From: Chloroflexota bacterium
Lineage (GTDB): Bacteria; Chloroflexota; UBA11872; VXOZ01
Assembly (NCBI GenBank): GCA_964291655.2
Contig: OZ219802.1
Coordinates: 1 to 64,000, forward strand
Length of the DNA stretch: 64,000 nucleotides
Reading direction: 5' to 3'
Shown here: in pieces, positions 1 through 9,504 of the stretch
Layout: every line of letters begins with the position of its first letter
Position numbering within the stretch: the first letter of the stretch is position 1
Position numbers and translations under genes: made by a program
The notes under the pieces: generated by a model
The model's input: the letters and a program-made list of their open reading frames with translations, nothing else
Databases searched by the model: none
Told to the model about the DNA's origin: nothing

Positions 1-658
1 CAAAGATGAAATTCATCACATAGCAGCCGCCAAGGACGGCCAAGCCAATGCGGTGTACTTTCCACTGCTTTGGCGTCCCAATAAAAGAACCTGAGAGCAG
101 CCGAGCCAAGCGATGAGTGCCGCCGCTCTGTACGCGCAGGGAAGCAAGATCCGGTATTGCCTGCACCCAGAGAAACGCAAAGCCATTTGCTACGAGCATA
201 AGTACGAATATCGTGTCATAGAAGTGCGGTGCGCCCCACGGCCAGTTGAACCACACGGTTATGCGTTCCGCACTGGAGGGCACCAACCAAAGCAGTGGCA
301 GGAAGAGCAAGACGTTAAGGAGTCCGGCAACTGCCACGACTTGTGAAGCTCGTGTCAACGGGCCATGCCAACGCGCGCGGGCGAGCCGCGGGACAAATGA
401 CACCATCGGCGCCGCTTGGCCTACCGTGAAAAGAAACCCGAACACGGCGGCGTAATAGCCCCACGGACCCCGATCTTCCAGACCGGATCCGAGTCGAATG
501 ACAAAGCCTGCAACTCCGCCCAGGAACAGCAGGAACAGGATCAGCAGCGTGAGCCGGTAGGCGCCGCTGCTCCCTAGTGCCCGCTGAAAGATGTCACGCG
601 CTATTTCTGCCGGAGCTGGCAGCGGTTCCAGCGTGTGCTGGTGCTGTCTCGCTTGCAT
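1..658 (-). CDS. NrfD/PsrC-family membrane subunit of an alternative complex III-like operon (ActC/ActF-like), 3' end outside window
   Basis: Not in the ORF track; translated by hand from ATG 658 (MQARQHQHTLEP...), open to the window edge. Several TM segments plus ActC-like W..PLTRA, FYD, IPDLASLR and FIGTPKQW. Overlaps the end of the ActB2 gene. Confidence 0.8.
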   Translation of the reverse strand, partial: MQARQHQHTLEPLPAPAEIARDIFQRALGSSGAYRLTLLILFLLFLGGVAGFVIRLGSGLEDRGPWGYYAAVFGFLFTVGQAAPMVSFVPRLARARWHGPLTRASQVVAVAGLLNVLLFLPLLWLVPSSAERITVWFNWPWGAPHFYDTIFVLMLVANGFAFLWVQAIPDLASLRVQSGGTHRLARLLSGSFIGTPKQWKVHRIGLAVLGGCYVMNFIF

Positions 659-1400
659 GCGGATCAACCTTCTTCAAGTAGATCACATTGGTATCGGTGC
701 CAAGGTTTTCCATTACGCGGTAGTGCCGCTTGTTCTTAGCTAACTGTGCGACCCGCGAGTCTTCATCTTCGAGGTTGCCGAATACGAGTGTATCGGTTGG
801 GCACGCCTGCACGCATGCCGGCGCCACGTCGCCATCCTGCAACTCTTCATCTGCCTGCCGGCGCTCCCACTCGCTCTTGCGAATGCGTTGCACGCAGAAC
901 GTGCACTTTTCCATGATGCCCTTGGTGCGGACCGTAACATTCGGATTCAGATACTCTCTGTGGGAGTCTTCGAGATCGCGTTCCCAAAAGTTGAAGAACC
1001 GCGCATGATACGGGCAATTGTTGGCGCAGTAGCGCGTTCCAATGCAGCGGTTATACACCTGAACGTTCAGCCCCTCTTGGTTGTGGTACGTGGCGTACAC
1101 CGGGCACACAGGTTCACAGGGGGCATTGTTGCAGTGCTGGCAGAACATTGGCAGGAAGCGCGCCTTTACATTGGGATACTCGCCTTCCCAATAGCGCTCA
1201 ATCCGAATCCAATTCATCGCGCGCTGCTGCAAGACGATGTCCTCCAGGTTGAGCGCGATGTTGTTTTCTGCATGGCAAGCAACGACGCAAGCCTGGCAAC
1301 CGGTACAGCGGTCTAAGTCCACCACCATGCCCCAGCGTCGGCCAATGCTTGCCACCGGCTTGCTTGTGTCTAGTTCTTGTCCGTCAGCGTCCTGTCTCAA
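594..1400 (-). CDS. Fe-S cluster subunit of alternative complex III (ActB2/QrcC/NrfC-like)
   Basis: Motifs CTGCQAC..C, CQHCNNAPCEPVC, CIGTRYCANNCPY (ActB-type 3Fe-4S variant), CTFC...CVQAC. Confidence 0.92.
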   Translation of the reverse strand: MRQDADGQELDTSKPVASIGRRWGMVVDLDRCTGCQACVVACHAENNIALNLEDIVLQQRAMNWIRIERYWEGEYPNVKARFLPMFCQHCNNAPCEPVCPVYATYHNQEGLNVQVYNRCIGTRYCANNCPYHARFFNFWERDLEDSHREYLNPNVTVRTKGIMEKCTFCVQRIRKSEWERRQADEELQDGDVAPACVQACPTDTLVFGNLEDEDSRVAQLAKNKRHYRVMENLGTDTNVIYLKKVDPHASETAPAHAGTAASSGRNSA

Positions 1401-1418
1401 CGCCGTCTCTCCCCGCTT

Positions 1419-3680
1419 CTATTGAGTTTCGTTCGTGACTTGGAACGTCTTTTCATCGGGCATTTGCACTGGCGCCGTGATGCCTTCGATGCGCGGCAGG
1501 CGGGTCCGTCGCCCGGTAGGCGCAATCCGTACCCGCGTAGCCGACCAGGCAAGAGCACCGGTCTGTTCCTGAATTACAGGCGCCAGCATACGCAGCGCAT
1601 TTTCGCCGCGATTCTCGGCATACCTTCCTAGTTCCTGGTGGCCTTGGCCAAGCGGCACACTTACCACACCCTCCCCGATGCCGGGATAGGGGTACGCCGG
1701 AGCCAAGAGGGACCCGGCCGTGGAGGTAATGCGCACAATGTCGTTTTCCTGTATGCTCAATGCTTCCATAGTCTTCGGGCTAAGCGCCACCCATGTTCCC
1801 CAGACACCGGTGGTCATGGGATCAGCGGTGGACTGCAGCCACGGTGACACGGCGAGACTGCCGCTCCCATCCCCGAGCAGTACCGATGGCGTAACAATGA
1901 GATGATACGGATAGTCTTCTGCATCACTACTGAATTCCGGTTCCATTGCCGGTACTCCACTCAGATCGGGTGCCTCTGCCGTCACGGGTTCAGAAGCCAC
2001 CCACCAGCCGCCGCGTTGCAGGACCGACAACCAAAATACTTCGGGATCGTCGCTTGTAACTGAACCGTCACCGCGGGCTTGAAGCTCATCAACGCTTGCT
2101 CGTATAGCATCTCTCATCGAATCCCACGGCAGTGCTTCGGCAAGCGGCCCACCCAGAGTCTGCGCCAACCCAAGCAGCACGTCCGCGAACGCCCTCGTGC
2201 CGGCCGCGCCTTCGAACTCCTGATGGTATGGGCGGACGACAGGTTGCTGGACGCCAAGGGTACTGTACTTTGCGCCCAACGGTGGCACGCTCGTGCCCCA
2301 GCTTTCCAAGTAGTGATGATCAGGCAGGATCAAATCCGCCAATGCCGTGGTCTCGTCCAAGACATTTGAAAAGCTGACAATATAGGGAATTGCATCCAAA
2401 ACACCGGCTGCATTCAGAACCCCGGGAAGCCCGAAAACAGGATTGGCGCCATGGATCAAAAGAACTTGCGGTACTTGGCCGCTCTCAATCTCGCTCAGGA
2501 AGGTCTCCCATTCTTGATACGAGGTCACCGGGGCTTCAGCGGGAATATCCGGCAAGGGTGACGGGGCATTCAGCAGCACTCCGCCTTGCCGTCCCACGTT
2601 ACCTTTCAACAGATTGAGGGCGAAGATTGCGGTCATGCTGGAGAGCCCGTTTGTATGGCCGGCAGCGCTGCCACCGCCCATCGCCACCGCAGTCGGCGCC
2701 GCGGCAAAGTCATGGGCAACCCTCTCAATTGTCTCAGCCGGCACGCCGGTCACATCAGCGACCTGCTCGGCCGCGTAGGCATCCAAAGATCCTTCGCCGC
2801 CGGTTAGCGGCTGGAGCGCAGCGGGCACCGGCCTGCCATCCAATACTGCGTGGGCAATGCTCAGCGCCAGGATTCCCTCCGTGCCGGGATTAACGGGATG
2901 CCATTCGTCAGCGTTCGCCGCCGTCATCGTCAAATGCGTATCGAAGTGCGCGAACGTACCTCGAGAACGGTTTTCTCCCTGCCTGAATTCTCCATATGCC
3001 TGTCCGTAATGAACCGGAGAATCTCCGCCCTCCAGGAAATTGCCGCCAATGGAGAGCACATAGGCAGTGTTTGCAATGTCAAATTGCGGCACGCGGGTAG
3101 TCCCAAACACCTGTGCACTGGCTTGCCGCACGGCGGCCTGCTCGAGTGGCTCGAACGTCAGCCAACGTGCGCCGATATTCTGGGTAAACCGTTCGAGGAT
3201 CATGCCCAAATGCCCGTTTACGGGCTCAGTAATCATGACAATGCCGCCACTTTGGGCAGCGCTGAGCTTCTCCTGAAAATCCGGCAGCACATCATCCCAG
3301 CGCATGAATCTGTAACGACCGGAACCTCGGTTGCGTCGTGGGATCATCGGGTTGGGGATTCGATCGGGATTGTAGAGGGTTTGGAGGGCGGCCTGTGCCC
3401 GGGCGGAAGACTTACCGCGGTTCAAGGGGTAGTCAGGATTGCCTTCAATCTTGCGTGCGCGGCCGCTTTTTACTCGCACAATCACGCCGCAGCCATCGCC
3501 GGAATCCTGACAGATACTGGAATACCAGGTATCCAGCCCAGTAATCGTATCCTCCGGTATCTCCACCGGGCTTTGAATGTGGAATTCACGATCCGGCGTG
3601 CCGCAACCCGCAAAGGCCACAGCAGCGCCCATCCCTAGGCCCGATGTACCAGCTAATTTCAGGACGTCGCGTCGACGCAT
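1419..3680 (-). CDS. Molybdopterin-oxidoreductase-fold subunit (ActB1/QrcB-like), Tat-exported lipoprotein
   Basis: MRRRDVLK twin-arginine signal followed by lipobox FAGC; KIEGNPDYP, YNPDR, DETTALADLILPDHHYLESWG motifs. Confidence 0.9.
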   Translation of the reverse strand: MRRRDVLKLAGTSGLGMGAAVAFAGCGTPDREFHIQSPVEIPEDTITGLDTWYSSICQDSGDGCGVIVRVKSGRARKIEGNPDYPLNRGKSSARAQAALQTLYNPDRIPNPMIPRRNRGSGRYRFMRWDDVLPDFQEKLSAAQSGGIVMITEPVNGHLGMILERFTQNIGARWLTFEPLEQAAVRQASAQVFGTTRVPQFDIANTAYVLSIGGNFLEGGDSPVHYGQAYGEFRQGENRSRGTFAHFDTHLTMTAANADEWHPVNPGTEGILALSIAHAVLDGRPVPAALQPLTGGEGSLDAYAAEQVADVTGVPAETIERVAHDFAAAPTAVAMGGGSAAGHTNGLSSMTAIFALNLLKGNVGRQGGVLLNAPSPLPDIPAEAPVTSYQEWETFLSEIESGQVPQVLLIHGANPVFGLPGVLNAAGVLDAIPYIVSFSNVLDETTALADLILPDHHYLESWGTSVPPLGAKYSTLGVQQPVVRPYHQEFEGAAGTRAFADVLLGLAQTLGGPLAEALPWDSMRDAIRASVDELQARGDGSVTSDDPEVFWLSVLQRGGWWVASEPVTAEAPDLSGVPAMEPEFSSDAEDYPYHLIVTPSVLLGDGSGSLAVSPWLQSTADPMTTGVWGTWVALSPKTMEALSIQENDIVRITSTAGSLLAPAYPYPGIGEGVVSVPLGQGHQELGRYAENRGENALRMLAPVIQEQTGALAWSATRVRIAPTGRRTRLPRIEGITAPVQMPDEKTFQVTNETQ

Positions 3681-3689
3681 GATTCTCCT

Positions 3690-4229
3690 CTACCGGTGAC
3701 AGATCGTGCAGTCTGTCGGCGCGTTATTCTCTCGATGACACGCAAGGCAGTCGCCCATATTTAGGGAACGCACCTGTTTCACTCGCTCCATCGATCCGAC
3801 GTCACCGTGACACGTAGCGCATTCGAAGCCTGCTTTGATGTGCGAGGCGTGAACAAAGCGCACGTGGTCCGGCATGACGTGCACGCGCACCCAATCGATG
3901 GGCTGTTGGTTCTCCCAGTGTGCTTGCAGTTTTTCGATCTCGGCAACGTGCAATGGGTTGGTTACCTTAGGATTCTCACCATTGATTACGCGGTGGCACA
4001 TCATGCACTGTTCAATTGCCGGAATTGTAGCCTCTGCGCCGGTCTCAACGTTGCGGTGACAAAATACGCAGTCAATGTCATTTTGCTCAACGTGAACCGT
4101 ATGCATGAATTCAATCGGCTGCTCTGGCCCGTCCGCAGCCTGCGTCAGCAATGTAACGCCGCCAATAGTGAGGAGTCCGATAATGACGACGAGAGCGCCT
4201 ATCGTGATGCGCATCGTACGAGGGTTCAT
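3690..4229 (-). CDS. Membrane-anchored pentaheme cytochrome c (ActA/QrcA-like)
   Basis: N-terminal TM helix, five CxxCH motifs (CVFCH, CMMCH, CATCH, CLACH, CTICH), QPIEF.H and WVRVH.MPDHV.F.H. Confidence 0.93.
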   Translation of the reverse strand: MNPRTMRITIGALVVIIGLLTIGGVTLLTQAADGPEQPIEFMHTVHVEQNDIDCVFCHRNVETGAEATIPAIEQCMMCHRVINGENPKVTNPLHVAEIEKLQAHWENQQPIDWVRVHVMPDHVRFVHASHIKAGFECATCHGDVGSMERVKQVRSLNMGDCLACHRENNAPTDCTICHR

Positions 4230-4507
4230 GCCCGGTCTCCTCGGTTACGATGCAAGGCAGCAAGAATCCTATGCCCAATCTCTTTGGGGCAAGAGCACAA
4301 GGCAGCTGCTGACAAGCTTGGTTCCGGGGCGGTTATGGACATTAAACTCCCTGGCGAGGCGCCAGGGCGGTCAACATTTGGCCGTATCTGATATGTCCGA
4401 TCTGTCACGGATTGGTGCTTCCTTGAGGGTTTAGTCTGCGCCTGAAGCAACGGCACTTTGCTGTCCGGTAAAGATACAATGTTTCATGCTCGCTCGCGCC
4501 TCGATCT

Positions 4508-4535
4508 ATTATACTAATGCCTACACAAGATGCAA
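4508..4535 (-). promoter_or_regulatory. Putative sigma70-type promoter of the act operon
   Basis: Minus strand reads TTGCAT-N16-TATAAT in an AT-rich intergenic region. Confidence 0.5.
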
Positions 4536-4863
4536 ATAGTCCGCCCGGCGTCATTACAGGACTAATTCTCTGCATGTAGTTTAGTTACAACAGCACGTGC
4601 GACGCTTCCTACTTGTGACCTATAGAAATCAATTCACGTCGCCAAAAAGCAACGAAAAGTAAGGTAGCATAGTTTGGCGTAGTGTGACAAATAATGCTCC
4701 TCGAAGAAGATCTGACGACGAGAAATAGCCGTAATCGTGGGGGCTTTGCCCGCCAATGTCGGCGGTAGCTCAGGCTACCGCGTGTGGCCGCGCCACTTGC
4801 AATGGTTCATGCACTAGCTTCTGGCCCTGCCCCGTCTAAGCAACCGAACATGGGAGATACTTA

Positions 4864-6411
4864 ATGTCTAATTCTCGACCAAATCTGTTGCTCATTATGT
4901 GCGACCAACTGCGCTTTGACGCACTGCGGGCTGCAGGAAACGAACTTATCCAAACCCCAAATCTCGATCGGCTTTGCGCCGAAGGTGTGCGTTTTGCCTA
5001 TGGCTACACGGAGTCACCGGTGTGCGTTTCGGCACGCGCAATTTGCATGACGGGCCAGCTACCTCACCGCACGGGCATCTTCGATAACGGCTATCCGCTG
5101 CCGGCCAACTATCCGACACTGATGAGCCGCTTACGCGCTGCTGGATATTTCACCCAAGCCGTCGGCAAGATGCACTTCTCTCCCGTGCGCGAGCAACACG
5201 GCTTTGATCGCATGTGGCTCAGCGAGGAAGTTCCCCGCAGCGTGGAGAATGATGAGTTCTTGCAAGATGTGCTAGCAGCCGGATACAGCCATGTGGAGGA
5301 GCCGCACGGCATCAGGCACGAACTTTATTACGTCCCTCAGATTTCACAATTGCCTGAACGCCTCCACACCACGGCCTGGACGGCGCAGAAGACTATCGAT
5401 TTCATCGAAAAACGTACCAAAGAAGACGCACCATTCTTCTGCTGGACGTCGTTCATCAAGCCGCATCCTCCGTTCGACCCGCCGTCACCCTGGCACCGGC
5501 TCTACCGCAGCACCGACATGCCTCTCCCGGTGCGAAGTGAACAAGAGATTTCGTGGCACACCTGGTTTCAGCGGAGCCAAAACCGCAGCAAGTGGATGGA
5601 TCTCTTTCCGGACGACAACCTACTGCGCACAATGAAGGCGTACTACTTCTCATGCGTTTCGTTTATCGATAGCTGGATTGGCGAAATATTGGCAGCCTTG
5701 GAAGCCACCAATCAGCGAGAGAACACGTTGATCATGTTCGTTGCCGATCACGGTGAGTTTCTCGGTGACCACTACGCATTTGGCAAACGCAACTACCACG
5801 AGCCTGCATGTCACATCCCATACATCGTCTCGTGGCCGGGAACGCTGCCGGAAGGCGCCGTGCGCGAGCATCTCGTGGGTTTACAGGACGTGACCCCAAC
5901 TCTCCTGGCCGCTGCGGGTCTGGAAGCGCAGGCACCAGATCTCGATGGCATGTCTCTCTTAACCGCGGCCGGTCACGAAGTCTCAGTGGGCAGGCCCTAT
6001 CTCTTTGGGCAGATCAAAGAGAAGGATCTCGGCATGTACTGCGCGATGAATGATGAATGGAAATACGTCTATTGCGCGCCGGACCGCATGGAGTTGCTGC
6101 TCAATTACCGCGACGGGGGCAATGAGCTGATCAATTACGCCAATGAACCCAGTCTCACCGGCACAAAACAGGAGCTGAAGGCGGCCCTTATTGCACACTT
6201 CCGTGCCGCGCGATACGAGGACCCGTTGGATGGCGACGACTGGGCGCTCTTCCCGCAACCGACGCACGCCTGGTTGCGCTTGGATGAAATAGAGAATAAA
6301 GAGCGCGTAGGTCGCGGCTGGCAATTTGCAAGGTGGACGAGAAATTACCCCGTAGATGGCCGGCAGCGCCCACAGCGGGAGAACTACCAATTCGTCGACG
6401 GGACGGAGTAA
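4864..6411 (+). CDS. Cytoplasmic formylglycine-dependent (Cys-type) sulfatase
   Basis: PNLLLIMCDQLR, CVSARA..MTG signature, GKMH, KPHPP, ADHGE; no signal peptide. Confidence 0.92.
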   Translation: MSNSRPNLLLIMCDQLRFDALRAAGNELIQTPNLDRLCAEGVRFAYGYTESPVCVSARAICMTGQLPHRTGIFDNGYPLPANYPTLMSRLRAAGYFTQAVGKMHFSPVREQHGFDRMWLSEEVPRSVENDEFLQDVLAAGYSHVEEPHGIRHELYYVPQISQLPERLHTTAWTAQKTIDFIEKRTKEDAPFFCWTSFIKPHPPFDPPSPWHRLYRSTDMPLPVRSEQEISWHTWFQRSQNRSKWMDLFPDDNLLRTMKAYYFSCVSFIDSWIGEILAALEATNQRENTLIMFVADHGEFLGDHYAFGKRNYHEPACHIPYIVSWPGTLPEGAVREHLVGLQDVTPTLLAAAGLEAQAPDLDGMSLLTAAGHEVSVGRPYLFGQIKEKDLGMYCAMNDEWKYVYCAPDRMELLLNYRDGGNELINYANEPSLTGTKQELKAALIAHFRAARYEDPLDGDDWALFPQPTHAWLRLDEIENKERVGRGWQFARWTRNYPVDGRQRPQRENYQFVDGTE

Positions 6412-6773
6412 TGGTAGGTGACATAATTCGCTATCGCGTGCTGCCTCTCGTCCTTGCCTTCACGCTAGTTTTCCTCTTCATTTTTGTGCTCGTCCGCCTG
6501 GCGAGTTCCGGTGCGGACGTCGTTGAGGAACGGGAGCGCGCAATTGTCCTCGCTCAAGACATCTACGCGCAGAAGAGAGCTGACGGTGCCGACTTTTCCA
6601 AAGGACCGTGTCTGTCGGAAGAGCTCATGAATGGATGGGCAGCGGACATCGTTCACTCGCCGCGCCAGCCTGTGGACGACCTGCCGGAGAATCAGTGCCA
6701 GTCATACCGGGCCGGAAAGGCGTTTCGATTAGTCGAATTGGATCCGGACGGCAACGTCATTCGCGCTCAATGA
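6411..6773 (+). CDS. Small membrane-anchored hypothetical protein with two cysteines
   Basis: ATG at 6411 overlaps the sulfatase stop (TAATG). One TM helix, then GPCLS...DIVHSPRQPVDDLPENQC...VELDPDG. Confidence 0.75.
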   Translation: MVGDIIRYRVLPLVLAFTLVFLFIFVLVRLASSGADVVEERERAIVLAQDIYAQKRADGADFSKGPCLSEELMNGWAADIVHSPRQPVDDLPENQCQSYRAGKAFRLVELDPDGNVIRAQ

Positions 6774-6987
6774 AGAGCCAGGCGCGCTGCGTCGGGTACT
6801 CAGGGAGGTCCAAAACTAATGCCGCCCGTCAGGATACGTTCGCGCCCCTAAGACGTATCCTGCAGGCGGCATTCCGGTGTGAGTTGCACTTTGCACACGA
6901 AAGCAAGGTGCTCCTGCTTTCGGCGCACTATATTATGGGGGCCAGAGCCTGGTAAGTAAAGCCGCTGCTTAGGCTGACCGTACTATT

Positions 6988-7806
6988 CTAGGCGCTGGCT
7001 ATAATCGTATCCAGGCTGGTGCTGATGTCCAAGAGGCTTTTCTCGGGAAATACATCGTGTAGCGGAATCTCGGCGGAGAGGTAGCTGTCGTACCCAATTG
7101 AGCGTAAGCAGCGGCGGACTGCCGTCCAGTCAACGTCGCCTTGCAAGAGAGTTACAAATCCGTGACGATTGCCAACGTCAACCTTGAAGTCCTTCACGTG
7201 TACCTTCTTGATGCGGTCTGCGAGGATCTCGATCCAGTGCTGCGGGATCGCCCAACCGAGGAAGTTTCCAACATCAAAGTAACAACCCACATACGGGCTG
7301 TTCACTTCATCGATCAAGTTTCGCATCTCGACCGGCGAAAGCAGGAAATTATTCCACACGTTCTCTACGGCTACGTGAATCTGAAGGTCTTCCGCAATCG
7401 GCGCTATTTGCTTCAATCCCTCCAGCGTGCCTTCATATGCGATATCGTAGCGCACGTCCACGCTCACGGTGCCCGGCACGACCAGCAGACTCGTGCCTCC
7501 GAGAATCTTTACTACTCTCAAGGCTTTGGCGATGTTCTCAACGCCTTTTCTAATCTGATCTTCATCGAGGGTTGTGAGTGGCGCGCTCCGAATCGGTTGC
7601 CCTCCCATGAGGCCATGGATTGTGACAGTCTTCTCCGCATGATCGCGCAGCCGCTTGAGATCATCCTCTGAAGACTCCGTGGTAATCGCTCCGTCCATGG
7701 TGAGGCTCGGCTCGATGCCTTCAAATCCCGCCGCATGCGCCATGCTCATCGCGTCGACAAGAGGAATGTCACTGCCGAAACAGTTGCCGCAGACCGCTTT
7801 CTTCAT
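6988..7806 (-). CDS. Sugar phosphate isomerase/epimerase (xylose-isomerase-like TIM barrel)
   Basis: ENVWNNFLLSP, YFDVGN, HVKDF, GDVDW, SAE metal-binding motifs. Confidence 0.88.
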   Translation of the reverse strand: MKKAVCGNCFGSDIPLVDAMSMAHAAGFEGIEPSLTMDGAITTESSEDDLKRLRDHAEKTVTIHGLMGGQPIRSAPLTTLDEDQIRKGVENIAKALRVVKILGGTSLLVVPGTVSVDVRYDIAYEGTLEGLKQIAPIAEDLQIHVAVENVWNNFLLSPVEMRNLIDEVNSPYVGCYFDVGNFLGWAIPQHWIEILADRIKKVHVKDFKVDVGNRHGFVTLLQGDVDWTAVRRCLRSIGYDSYLSAEIPLHDVFPEKSLLDISTSLDTIIASA

Positions 7807-7989
7807 GGCTCTCTTTCACCTTTGCTTTGAACGTCAGAACTTGGAAATTCTCAAGAACAACGCCGCCTGACACTTATCAGATGTCTATTGCATTGGGGCC
7901 TGCCATCTAGTATACCGGAACAGGCCAGCCAGAATTCTTGCGTTGCGGAAAGTGCTCTGGTAGCCTGTCTCCCCAAGAGGAGTACCGCC

Positions 7990-8721
7990 ATGATTATTGA
8001 TGCACACGTGCACGTCGGCACTTCCACAGCGTACAACTTTGGCGCGACTGCGGACGATCTGCTCCGGCTTGCGGATGAGAACGGTATCGACAAGCTTTTC
8101 GTGACTGACTTTACGGCGCTCGTGCACGATATGCGCGAGGGAAATGACGCTCTGGGCAACGCGATGCGTCAGCATCCAGACAGAATCCTGGGTTACGTCA
8201 GCATTCCAACCATGAATTTTGACAATGGCGCGCTCGAAGAAATTGACCGCTGCGTGCACGAATACGGCATGCGCGGCATCAAGATCTACTCGTACCCGAT
8301 GACCCCCTTGGTGCGCCCCTCTGTTTTTCCTGTGCTGGAACGAGCGGCCTCGCATCGCATGCCGATCTTGGCGCATTCCACCGGCGAAGAGTGCGAGGTG
8401 ATGGCCTCGCGCGTGCCGGAAGCAATGCTCATGATGGCGCATTCTGGCAATACCGCCTTGGCCAGAGGCGACTGGATGCGCGCGGTGCAGGCTGCGGAGC
8501 GAAACCCTTCACTCTTGCTGGAGACCGCAAGTAGCTCGGTAAATAACGGCTCTCTTGAGTACACGATCGATCGAATTGGCCCGGAGCGCATAATCTTTGG
8601 CACGGACATGCCGCTGCTCGAGGTTAGTGTGCAAATGGCCCGCGTCAGTGGCGCCGAAATCAGCCAAGCCGACAAGGACTTGATTTTCGGCGGCAATATG
8701 GCGCGCATGTTGGCGCTATAG
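7990..8721 (+). CDS. Amidohydrolase_2 family metallo-hydrolase
   Basis: MIIDAHVH after an AGAGGAG RBS; GIKI, AHS, AHSG and FGTDMP motifs. Confidence 0.88.
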   Translation: MIIDAHVHVGTSTAYNFGATADDLLRLADENGIDKLFVTDFTALVHDMREGNDALGNAMRQHPDRILGYVSIPTMNFDNGALEEIDRCVHEYGMRGIKIYSYPMTPLVRPSVFPVLERAASHRMPILAHSTGEECEVMASRVPEAMLMMAHSGNTALARGDWMRAVQAAERNPSLLLETASSSVNNGSLEYTIDRIGPERIIFGTDMPLLEVSVQMARVSGAEISQADKDLIFGGNMARMLAL

Positions 8722-8739
8722 ACGTAGTAGCGGGAGGGG

Positions 8740-9504
8740 ATGGCGAACGATATGACGGTTTGGGATTTTTCCGGTTTTGTCGGGGCCTGGGGCTACTGGC
8801 CCCTCAAGCAGCGCACTGCGGCTGACGTAGTCATGCTCATGGACTCCCACTCTATTGAGCGCGCGGTAGTGGGCTCGACGCGGGCATTGCAGTCCGATTG
8901 GCGTCTTGGAAACGATGAGGTTCTTGAAGCGGCTGCCCTCTCCAATGGCCGCCTTATTCCCTTTGTTACTATTGACAGCACGCAATCCGTTACGACTGAA
9001 TTGCTAGGCGAGTATGCTGCCGCCGGCGCAAAGGGAATACGCTGCTATCCCAGCCATCACCACAATACGCTGCCTGCACAGCTTGAGCCGCTGTGCGCTG
9101 CGGCGCAGGCAAATGGACTGGTCGTTACGCTCGTGATGCGGGCGATCATGGACTGGTCGTTCCCAGTTGCCACCATTGAGTCCTTTGAGCGGCTCTTTCC
9201 TCAGTTTCCGGGCGTACAATTCGTTATCCACGGTTTGAACTACGGCGAAGAGTCTTGGAACGGTGTTCATCTCTTGAACACGTACGCCAACGTTTGGCTG
9301 GAGACGTCATGTTTGCAGGGCCTTGCTGCGATGGCGCAATTGGTTTCGCAGGCGGACGCTGATCGCGTGCTGCTCGGTATGGGTCTTCCGCTGCAATATC
9401 CTGCTTGTGGCATTGCAAAGCTGAACAAAGCGAAGATTTCCAACTCCGACAAGGAAGCGATTGCGCATCTCAACGCGAAACGCCTACTCAGCTGCTCCGC
9501 GTAG
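8740..9504 (+). CDS. Amidohydrolase_2-fold paralog with degenerate metal ligands
   Basis: Same fold pattern (GAKGIRCYP, NVWLETS, RVLLG..P, NAKRLL), but DxHxH reads DFSGF and GTD reads GMG. Confidence 0.8.
   Translation: MANDMTVWDFSGFVGAWGYWPLKQRTAADVVMLMDSHSIERAVVGSTRALQSDWRLGNDEVLEAAALSNGRLIPFVTIDSTQSVTTELLGEYAAAGAKGIRCYPSHHHNTLPAQLEPLCAAAQANGLVVTLVMRAIMDWSFPVATIESFERLFPQFPGVQFVIHGLNYGEESWNGVHLLNTYANVWLETSCLQGLAAMAQLVSQADADRVLLGMGLPLQYPACGIAKLNKAKISNSDKEAIAHLNAKRLLSCSA

Noticed and set aside
2850-3638. 262-aa + strand ORF, and similar long antisense ORFs at 16509-17318, 28552-29292 and 44101-44880
   Set aside because: They lie opposite well-supported genes, as expected in GC-rich coding DNA.
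4612-4690. Rex/CRP/FNR-like TGTGA half-sites
   Set aside because: No matching second half-site at canonical spacing.
6963-6976. 13/14-nt match to 37892-37905 (possible REP element)
   Set aside because: A match of this length is expected by chance in 64 kb.
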